Positions 21,941 to 32,315 of a stretch of 64,000 nt of DNA are shown here, piece after piece. The position numbers and the translations under genes were made by a program. Position 1 is the stretch's first letter; every line of letters starts with the position of its first letter. The DNA comes from Lama guanicoe. Taxonomy: Eukaryota. The stretch covers positions 18,355,481-18,419,480 of the forward strand of contig MU056905.1 in NCBI GenBank assembly GCA_013239625.1. Direction: 5' to 3'. The notes below the pieces were generated by a model that saw nothing but the letters and a program-made list of their open reading frames with translations, made no database searches and was not told the origin of the DNA.

Positions 21941-24900
21941 TCCAACAGGAAGTCAAGACCTGGAATGGTGTGAAGTGAGGGGCAGATTAAGCAATCTATT
22001 TTCAACCCCAGCTTATATTTACTAACTCCATTCCAAGAAAAGGAGGCAACAGGGGTGTAGGAGGAGGAGGAATTCCCTGGCAGTGACAACTCTAAGGTTT
22101 TATAAATGAGTCATAGCAGCTCTGTGGCAGGGCTGCAGTGTCCACCATATCCCACTCACTTTAGCTGCCCTCAGAATAACTGAGCTTTTGTTACTTGGAA
22201 AGACTAGGGGCCAGTTATCTTTGTTACATCCTCAACTGATGCAGAGAAAATGCAGCTGGGCAGGCCAGATGTTCTACAGTTAGGACTATTTATGAGGAAT
22301 TTGCCTTTATTTCTTTAGGCAGCCTTGCATCGCTGTGATTTAATTTGCTGGTTTTGTGTTGCAGGGAACCCATGGTGGGAAGTTGAAAACATGAGTTTAA
22401 TAGTTAACTTTTATTGTCATTGCTGAAGGGGAGAATACTTAAAATGACATCATAAATGAAGTCTTAGAACCCTTCGGTGGTCCGACCTGGACAGAGTGGG
22501 ATCTTAACATTTTGCCTTAAAAGGCATTAAAGATTGCAGCCCAGTCTCATGTTAAGTGAGCTGCTCAGTTGGGTACCACCTGCCATGCTCCTGAGGAGGA
22601 AAAGAGCCAGTTTTCCTTAAAGAAAGTTAAGGTTTCTGAACCTTGCTGGGCTATGAGGGAGGTGGAAAGCCCACAGTTAGAGGGGGAAAAAAGATAAATG
22701 GGCTAGATTCTACCTTCTGGAAGTCTATTGAAATGGAACCTTTTACCCAACCTCTCATCATGGTGTTACCACAGTCTCTGACAAACCCAATCAAAATAGG
22801 CCATGCATCAGCTGCAATTTGGGGTGCCTGATTCTCCTTCTCTTTTACCTCCTTTCCCCCCTGACTTTTAAAAGGCAGTTAATAGATACTACCTTAAAAC
22901 ATATTTAGGAATACATATAGGTATGGACATAGAGCCAAATATAGGTGTAGATGAGTGGCTCTTTTCTTAGTGAGTCATAACTCATTCTCTACACTACTTT
23001 GTATTCACTAGTCCTTATATCAAGTCCTTATATCCCAAAAAGGTTATATGCAATGAATTAATTTCCTCTGTGCTCACCAAGCAGACATAATACTATTCTC
23101 TTTTTCACGGCTGAAAAATGGGGACAAGTCCGTCAACAGTAAGACACTGATATGTGGAAGAGTTGCAGACACCTGATTGGCCTTGACTCTCAATAAGCTG
23201 AACTTGATACATCATCTGAGCAATGATATTTAGAGAGCTAGAAACCCAACAAAATCACTAGATCACATAAAATTTCATTTACGGTGTTAATAAACTGTTT
23301 CAACCAACTGTTGTTTTATTTAATTTTCTCTACTTCCTCTTTATTTCTTGTTTCCTGGTTTGGGTCCTCTTTTAAAAATTTGGTTTTGCTTTTTTTTTTA
23401 TTGTTAACCATTTGTATTCTTTTTGGAAAGTAATGGTCTATAAATCAAGCAATCATTTAAAGATGGAAATAAAAATTAACTTGGCATGAAAACCATATGC
23501 TGAGTTAACTTGAAAAAACATGGCAAATGCATTTTATAAGATTTATAATCATTGCTTTCCAATTTACAACATTGTTCAATGAAAAAATTGTACAAATTCC
23601 CCAATTTAAGAAGCCTACCACAATAGATTTTCTAATAGTTAGGTGTCTATCATGGATAATTTGTGCTTTGTATTATAGTATCTATTACAGCCATACATGT
23701 TGTTAGGAAATTATATTTCCTCTAAGACTACAACTCACAATGCATGCCAGGATCCAGTCTAAATTTAGCAATGAAGTATTTCAAAAGTGGTACTTGAGAA
23801 AAATATTACAGATAGTTTTATACAGAATGACATTTTTAATGCTCCCTCGAGATATCGGAGAACAAAGCTGGAATGTGCCAAAATCTTCAAAGGTTACACT
23901 CATCTGAAGAGAACCTGTTTCACATTTGTATTTCTAAGAAGCTACTTTTACGACTCTTGAACACATTGCACAGAAATCTCTGAACACATTTATGATATTC
24001 CTGTGACTTTGACTATCACACCTGCCATACCTTGAGGGCTCCACATTGCTACAAAGAAAGCCAGGCAGGCTCACTAGCTGGATGAGAATTATGAAGAGAT
24101 CCTAGAAATCTTTCTTTCACACTCCTCCTTCCCCTTATTTCCTTAGAGTCTCCTTATTTGATATGTTGCTACACTGGAAGAAAGGTTCCACTCAAATTGT
24201 TTCTGCTTCATAATGCAGAACTGTTTCATTTGCATAATTTCCCTGTTTATTTTAGAAGTAATAAGGATGTTATCACGACTGACTTATGTGTGTGTCCCCC
24301 AGGGCAGTAGTGGGGGTATGTGGGCAGGATTATTCAGGTGATCAGTTGGCTCCTAGCTGTTCTTACTGCCCTCGTTCCTGAGTGAGGCGGGAGACTTGGG
24401 ATGGCTGCCCCAAATGCCAGTCGTGGAAGGACTCCTGAGCAGCTGCAGAGCTGTGAACAGTGCTCAAGTTCTCTTCCCTTTTTATTTTCAGTGAATAAAG
24501 TTGTTCTTTTCTGTACAACTTTTCCTAAGCCTTCTAAGCCAGAACTACAACAACCCTTATGGAGAGAAAATGGGAGGGAGATGGTGGGGGTGGTCATGTT
24601 CTTCTTCCTCAAAGTAGAAGACAAAACGAGATTTGAGGTGCATCTATGTAAGCAAGTATGGTGATGTTCACATATAAATTTCCACAGAAGAGGAGGACTC
24701 TCTCTAGCTGTGGACTCAAAGTGAAGTCACAGTTCGATCTAAAGCCAGTCCCTGAGAACACTGCTTTTCATTACTACTCTGAATATCCCAGGCCCCTGAG
24801 CAGTCCCTGACAAAAGGCCACGGGGTTTGCTAGCACGTTTCCACCTCTGGCAACATGCAAAAGAGGGCAGGCACCTTATAGGCTCTTAAGCACCTGTTCA

Positions 24901-24989
24901 TTCCCTCTCTGAGCAGTCCTGGTTCTGGAAACTTTAGGGAAAGAATTAATCAAAAGACTCCTGGGATATATACTTTAAATTCCCTGAAA

Positions 24990-25350
24990 ATGACATGCTC
25001 TCTCTCACCTCCAGGCCTTTGTACTACTTACCTCCTCCGCTTGGAGTACCTTTTCTCTCATTATTCAGCTCCACCAGACCCTCCAGATATAGGCTGGAGG
25101 TCCCCCTTGTGCTCCCCTAACACTCTGACCTTTCTCCCAACTTAGCACTCATTACATTATACTGTAACTGCCATCTTCTCATTAGAGCCCTAACCTCCAA
25201 ACAGTAAACTCCCAGGGGCAGGAACCACAGTTCACTTGTTCGTATCACCAGCTTCTGAAGTGTTCAGCACATAGAAGCCACTCGAGAAATATTTATTGGA
25301 TAAATGAATAGATAAATGGATGGATGTGTAAGTGGATAAAACACATGAAT
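24990..25350 (+). mobile_element. L2 3' end
   Basis: ctccaggcctttgtac...cagcacatagaagccactcgagaaatatttattggataaatgaat. Confidence 0.6.
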
Positions 25351-25639
25351 GGATAAAACACAGCAGCTAAGTATCACAATCTCATTCTATTTATTTGGTA
25401 TTAAAAAATAATAATTTAGTTTCCAGTCTCTTCAAAGTGCAACTAGGATATAACTAAGCCCATGCTGTGAGGGTCTGGAGGAAGACTCAAACCTGGAGTC
25501 ATTGTGGATGTCCATGAGAGGTGGGGAAGGCCTCAAATGGAGGGCAGTAGTGGGCTGGGAAGGAATGGGTCAGTCAAGACGTGTGTTAGAGCAACTCGAT
25601 CTGGGAGGTGTGGTGGGAATGCCAGCTGTCTCTCTCAAA

Positions 25640-26235
25640 TCTGTTCCCTTTTTCCTACCCGGGAACCACCCCCATCCTACATTTCCCTGCCTCTCTGCAG
25701 TTACATGAGGCCACGTGGCCAAGTCCTCGCTGCTGAGATATAAGTAGAAGTGATATGTGCCACCTTCAGGCTAGGGCTTGTAAGAGTGGGTTTTCCTCCT
25801 CCAGGCCCAATTTCCATTTCTGTCAGCTGGTTGCAGGCTTGACAGAGCCCTAAGACAGCGGCCCTCAAGATAGTGAGCATCAGAATCACCTGGAGGCTGT
25901 CTAGGCTGGGCCCAGCCATTTGCTCAGAAATTGAGCTAGAGTTTCTGGTTCAGTAGGTCTTCAATGAGATCTGATAATAAGCATTTCTAACAAGTTCCCA
26001 GGTGATGCTGATACTGCTGATCCGTGGACCACACTCCAAGAACCACTGCCCTCGGGTTTGGTGGAGCCTATTATTGGAGGAACATGTGTTTTCAAATGGT
26101 TACATTCAAGTTCTCTTCTCTGACTTAAACACCCTGCCAGTGCTGTCTGCAAGCATGAAATAGATTTCTATTGTGTTAACTCCATCCATGTTTGGATCTA
26201 TCTGCTATGGTAGCTTAGCCTACCCTAACTAATAC
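25640..26235 (+). mobile_element. Old MLT1-type LTR with nested MER5A (about 25856-26048)
   Basis: LTR-like ends (gtaagtagaagtgatatgtgccacc; ttctattgtgttaa...ccctaactaataca) interrupted by a MER5A core (catcagaatcacctggagg...gcatttctaacaagttcccaggtgatgctga...gaaccactg). Confidence 0.7.
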
Positions 26236-26719
26236 AGGAGTTGAGGGAGAGGAAAGCTGACCCCTAGATTTGGTTTGGGGTAATTGGGAGAAAGGAAGAG
26301 CAGGTTTGGATGGAAGGCTAATGAATCATCACAGACTTACCAAGTTCTCTACTCCACAGGTGCTGGTCTGTTCACCTGCCTCACCATCACCTGGGGCCCA
26401 TTTAGCAGAAGGTTGTCTCTGCCTTTGGTTAGCGTGTGTTCACCTCTCTCCTGTTAGCTGGGTCCTTCTCATCTTTTAAGGCTGCCTTTGAGTCTCACCC
26501 TTCTCCTGAAGACTTCCCACCTGCCTGCCCGAGTTCAGGTGGGAAGGGTCTGCTTCACCCTCTGAACTCCTGTAGCACTCTTGGCTGCAGCTCTCATTTT
26601 AGAGGCACTCATAACAGTCACCCTTTCTGTCTGGATAGCACTACACTGTTATCAAAGTACTTTGGCTTTTCTTACTTCATTTAATCCCCACAGCAACCAT
26701 ATGAGAAAACTTGGAGGCA

Positions 26720-26736
26720 CGCATGCGCGCGCGCGT

Positions 26737-26767
<31 letters not shown>
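26720..26767. repeat. (GC)n-(CA)n alternating purine-pyrimidine microsatellite
   Basis: cgcatgcgcgcgcgcgtgcgc followed by about 13 AC units. Confidence 0.95.
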
Positions 26768-26771
<4 letters not shown>

Positions 26772-27650
26772 CTCTTATATATTAGCTAACACTTACTGTA
26801 TATTCCATTTACACAAGTCTTGTGAACAAGGACATTTGCTGAATAACCGAGTGAATGAATCTGTTATGACAACTACTGACTATGGTTACTGAGACAAGGA
26901 ATTAATCCTTCTCACCCTTTACTTCTCCTCCTGGTAAAATGGAACAATAGTTACCATGTAGTGTCACTGTGAATATCAAGGGAGACAATTAGGAGAAGGT
27001 CCTTTGTATGTGGTAAAGCAACATTCAGACGTTAGCAACTAGCTATTATTATCCTTGAAACATCTCTTCCATTTTCCAACCTTGTCTTGGCATGCAAGAT
27101 CCTCCAGGATGTGACTCCAACTCAACCTTTCCAGGATTGTAACACTCCTTCAGCACCGCCTACATTTTAGCTAGAGTTTACCATTCCCAAAAAAAGCCCC
27201 ACGCTTCCCGCTCCTGTGCACTTGCACACGCTGTGCTCTGCCCAGAGGCCCTTGCCCCTGCCTTGATCAGGGCTGCCAAGGCTTAGCGTAGGGCTTCCTG
27301 TCTGCCTCACTTTCCGGAGATGCCTCTCAGTTTCTGGTTCATACAGAGCTCCTTTCTTGTTTTCAAGAAAGGCTGTGTTCTATGTTTTGTATCATTTTAA
27401 TCATTTCAGTGACTTGGGTTTTTTGGGGGGAGGGTGGGGATTTTATGTACTTAATCTGCCAACTTGAAACAGAAGCGTAAGGAACATGTACAAACGAATG
27501 ACTGAATAACTGCAAGTAGTCCATAAATCCAGGAGGATACTCAGGTTTTGGCATTGTCTGGAGGGGGGTTGTAGGGACGACACTTTTCCAGAGGACTCTT
27601 GCTTTAAACATCAACTTCCCATTCAATGCCTTTGAGGGACTGTTCATTAC

Positions 27651-27812
27651 CTGTAGTGCTGAGGCCAGTGTACTCAGGGGATGCGTTGCTGACAGGAGAG
27701 GAGGGAGGTGGCACTTCCATAGATGCAGCAGATTTTGCAGGAGAAAACGATGGCACTGGTGAAGGGGTTGGTGGGGCAGCCTCCGTCAAGATAATCTCTT
27801 CTCGGACTTCTG
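27651..27812 (-). CDS. RFX4: RFX4 coding exon 15 (162 bp), Pro/Ser-rich
   Basis: (A)[53 protein letters not shown](G). Acceptor ccatag|CA, donor G|gtaatg. Confidence 0.96.
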
Positions 27813-28103
27813 CTATGGGCAGAGAAAAGGTGGGTTCTTAGAGCCAAAGGTCAAGGCAAGTTGTCTTTAAGGGACTTTAAAAATGAAATGTTCTTTCTAA
27901 TCTGTGTCATGTGGATTCCTCCACTTAAACTTCGATAGTTCCCCATCTCCATCGTGACACGCAAGACAATTCCCATGTACACACATGCCCACTCTGAAGA
28001 AGAAAAAGACTGTTAGTTTCCAACAATTTCCCCTGTTCAACCATAACTAAATTCTTCGGGATTCAAAGCTAAAGCAACACAGAGCACAGAAGTAAGGATA
28101 CAA

Positions 28104-28180
28104 AAAACTGTGCTGAACACTGGAATTTGACACAACATTGTAAAATGATTATAAATCAATAAAAAATGTTAAAAAAAAAA
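28104..28180 (+). mobile_element. Very short (77 bp) young L1 3' end with 16-bp TSD
   Basis: Same tail (tgtgctgaacactggaatttgacacaacattgtaaaatgattataaatcaataaaaaatgtt plus poly-A). TSD agaagtaaggatacaa at 28088-28103 and 28181-28196. Confidence 0.93.
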
Positions 28181-28239
28181 AGAAGTAAGGATACAAGTTA
28201 AATTGACACGGATGGCAATTCCGTGAAATGCCAGCTTAC

Positions 28240-28359
28240 CAGTGCTTCCTTCTCCCTTCATGGCTCGCATGAGCTCACTGGCCCGCTCCTGACAGTGCAG
28301 GGATTCTAACAGGTAGAGAACGTAGTCATCAAACATCAAGTGGATTAGGTGAAAAGACC
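28240..28359 (-). CDS. RFX4: RFX4 coding exon 14 (120 bp)
   Basis: (G)[39 protein letters not shown](A). Acceptor caccag|GG, donor G|gtaagc. Confidence 0.97.
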
Positions 28360-30309
28360 CTGGTGAGAGGAGATTCAAATAGAAAGGTAAGTCATGACAG
28401 CTCAGGTCTGCCCCTCTGCCTGGCCGACAACATGCTACAAGGCGCTCCAATGATCTGTTGAGACTGGCATTCCCCACTCAGTTATGATCTCCTTGAGGTC
28501 GAAGGTTGCTCTCCTTTGCCGTCTCCTCACCTAGCCTGGTGTTTGGCATAAGGTAAGTGTCATTCACACTACGGCAACTGAATCTTTTTCTTGCTCAATT
28601 TATTAATGTGACACCACCAAAAACGGCACCCACTGAGCCGTCTGTCAAAGTGCATCTGAGCTCTTACACTTGCACTGGCCTCATCCCCGTCCAAGCACCC
28701 CTCACCTTGTTCAGCATTTGTTGACATAGTGTCTTGCATTTTTCTCTCTTCCACAAGCTCATCTTATTTCCCTGGCAGGACTTTAAGGTATCTGTGGCAG
28801 GAACTTGGCCTTCTAGCTCACTGGTGTCTACCAATGTACACGACATAATTCCAGGAGCATAAATGACATTTTAAATTAGCAACAACTGAATTATTTCCTT
28901 AAATGTTTCTGAGATGTCAGTTTAGCATGTGGTTCTTATAAAAGATATTACATTGAAAAGATTTGGTATCCTCAAGTAGTATTCTTTATTTTAAATTTAG
29001 ATAAGTAGATTATTTCACAAATAGGGATGTGAACAAACATTTTAAGATTCTTCCAGTGTGCCAGTCTCTGTGCTGAGTCTTAAAATTCTCTCATTTAATC
29101 TCTACAACTACATTGTAAGGTAGATGCTTTTATTCCTATTTTGCAAGTCTAGTACTTGTGCAAGATGACACAATTAATAGATAATACATTACTTCAAAAC
29201 CATCTTTACTTGCATGTCATGTTGCCACCATGGGCAGTGCAACGACCCACATATGGAAGCAGCTCTCATGTTTGTGTATTTAAGACCTCATGGATGCCAG
29301 AGTCAGAGACAGGGGCCAAGCTTTTGTCTCTAGTTCCATGTTTCCACCTCTCAAAGGGACATTTCCATATGCATATCCTGCTGTCCCACGAAGTGTCTAA
29401 AACATCTCACCCACTATTTACAAGCCGACTTCCTCTTCCTATTTCCCTTGAGTGTGCTTTTTTAGAGGGAGACTCTTCAGCATTATTTATCCTGTGAGCC
29501 TATCATTGTCATCAATACCTCTATTATTGTCATTGTCATCATCATCATTGTTGTCACACTTACCACTTACTGAATGCTTACTATGTGCTAAGCACTCAAC
29601 ACAGGTCTCATCCTTACAACAAACTGTAAGATAGGTGGTATTATCTCTCTTACAGATGGGGAGGTGTCTCTCCTTCAAATTAAGCAGAAATTTGCCTCAG
29701 TTTGGTCTGGCTCCAAAAATCTGTTCCCATTTCCCCTCCAGATTATCTAGTCCAGTCTCCTCATAGTACAGATGGAAAATAAAGGACTTGGTCCCCAGAA
29801 GGGCCATTTAACTTGGGTGCTATACCTTTTCAAGTTTCAAAAATAAGGCAATGAGGGCCAGTTGGGGGTTTTTGTATGACTCCTCTTTGGTGGAGTTTAT
29901 CTTCTCCTGTTTAATTGTGCCTGGCTCCTGTGTGCATACACATATACTCTTCATTTCAGATAGATTGATTCTTTTGGTCCAGAAAGGCTACAGAAGAAAT
30001 CCCTGGCTCAACCCCGAGGCCACTGGATGCCCAGCAGGTCATGCACATCCACTCCAATACCCCCTCTCTTCAGAGACTGCCACAACCTCCAATCCTCATG
30101 CCCCACAGAGCTCCAGGCCCACGTCCACGGTTTTACACTTTCTCCACATTCTTCCTCCATCCCCAGAGTGCATGTCTATTTTTCGACCCCATTTGGAATT
30201 TCAGCAAGGTTCGGGTTTGTGAGCCACAGCCCCCAATGCCAGAGATGCAGGCTTCCAAAACTAAACTTTCCATCGACTTCCCCCAAATGAGTCTGTGAAC
30301 CACTGAGGA

Positions 30310-30660
30310 GGTACAACATTGTAGGTAATTGCCTGGGGCTGGATCAAACTGCCCAGTTTGAGCTCCAGCTCTGCCACTTAGTAACTCAGACCTTGGATCA
30401 GTTACTCCTTATAAATGTTAAAAAAAAACCCAAAAACCAAGCCATTTATTGAAATCTTGCTCTGTGGCAGCTGCTGTGTTAACCACTATAGATTTATTAC
30501 TGCATTTAATCCTCATCACAACCACTGGAGATGATAATCTCCTTTTGCAGAAGAGGAAACTGAGGTTTAGAGAGGTAAAGTAACTGCCCAGTGTCACATA
30601 ACTATTAAGTGGCAGACATGGGACTTGAAACCAAGACTGTCTGATTCTAAAGTTGTTCTT
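30310..30660. mobile_element. Two oppositely oriented MIR SINEs
   Basis: + copy ccagctctgccacttagtaac (about 30310-30420); - copy gaggaaactgaggtttagagaggtaaagtaactgcccagtgtcaca (about 30440-30660). Confidence 0.7.
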
Positions 30661-32169
30661 CCATCACACAATATAGGTCTCTAAAAGGGGAACAGTAAAA
30701 TCTACGTTACAGAAGTACCATAATGAGGAAAATTACACACTAGATGCTTAAAAAATAGTAACTAAGATCCCTTTTGTTCTAAGAGCCTATGATGTGACTG
30801 CTTTGTTCATAGAACCAAAGAAGTCAAAAGATAGCATCAAATACATAAAAGGAAAGGATCTCCAAAACGAAGAAATATTTCCTGAGATGTGGCTCTAAGT
30901 CAATAAGGACAGAAAGAGATAGGACAGAAGGAGACAGATCAAAAGACATTGTGAAACAATGAATTAGAACAGAAAAACCTAGATAGCAAAAAAATGGGCT
31001 TAGAAGTTTTAGTATGGATAGGCATCTTGGAAATCATCTATACAACACCCCTGCCTAACAGATAAGGAAACAAAGATCTAATGAGGTTAAGAAACCTGCC
31101 TAAGACCACACTGTTAGAAAACATCAGAGCCGAGCTTGGAGGCCAATACTTCAGGGAAAGTGTTGATTTGGGGCTTCGAGCTCTCTTCCTAATAGCTCTG
31201 GTCTGTTACCCAATTGGTCTGATAATTTTCAATCAGCTTTCAAACAAGGACAGTTTGTAGAACTACTGCTGCTTGCTTACTATTGTGCTAAGTGCTCTGA
31301 GTACAAAGGAAACTTAAAGCTCAGTCACTGACTCCATAAAAGCTACAGTGTCCTTAGTAAGCAGAAATCAATCTTTAAGATTATTAGACAATAAATAGTT
31401 CAGTGCCAGGTGTCATGGCCATGGAAGCAGTGCAAATAGAAGGGGGAAAAGGCAAAAAAGGAGATACAGAGAGACTGATGAGAGGGAGAGAAACATCACA
31501 GATAGACAGACAGACAGGAGATAGGCAATTATAGCTAACATTCCTGCTTTATTTCTCCCCTTAGCACTTAACACCATCTGCTATATTATGTAGTGAACTT
31601 ATTTCTCTTTATCATGTGCTTCCCTACACTAGATGGTAAACTCCATAATTGCAGGGATTTTTGTCTGTTTTTTTCCCCTTCTCTGCACCTGGTGTCTAGA
31701 ACAGTGCCAGGCACACAGTAGATGTGCAACGGTTGTTAGATGAGTGAATCAAATGAGTGAGCACTGAACACTTACCATATGCATTGTGCTAAGCCCTGTT
31801 ACTCTTCCAACAGCAACACTATGAAGAAGGTATTATTAATATTTTCAATTAACATATGGGGAAATGAAGGCTCAGAGGGTTTAAACCACTTGCCTAAAGT
31901 CACTGAGCTAGTGAGCATCAGAGCCTGCTATGGGAAAAGATACTAGCGTAGAGATGAAAGGAGATAGTTGTTGTTATATGGTAACATAGATAATCATAGG
32001 CATCTTAGGGAATCAAAGTGCTTCTTTTTTCCAATGAAAAATTTCAAATGTGGGGAAAAAAGAATTTTTAAATGAATACCATTGTACGGAACACCCAGCT
32101 TTATAATATCTTAACATTTTACCATATTTGAATCATATTTTTTAATTGAAGATAAAAATGAAGCCCCTG

Positions 32170-32315
32170 TTGGGGGTGGAGGGATTAGCTCAAATGGTAG
32201 AGCGCGTGCTTAGCATGCGTGAGGTCCTAGGTTCAATCCCCAGTACTTCCTCCAAGAATAAGTAAATAAACCTAATTACCACCCCCTACCAAAAAAAAAA
32301 AAAAAAGAAGAAGAA
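32170..32315 (+). mobile_element. tRNA-Ala-derived SINE (camelid vic-1-like)
   Basis: A-box tagctcaaatggtag, B-box ggttcaatcc, tRNA-Ala-like body, unrelated tail and poly-A. 10-bp TSD gaagcccctg at 32160-32169 and 32316-32325. Confidence 0.88.

Noticed and set aside
32180-32252. tRNA-Ala gene
   Set aside because: It is followed by a SINE tail and poly-A, is flanked by a TSD, has an imperfect acceptor stem, and lacks an immediate oligo-T terminator. It is a SINE.
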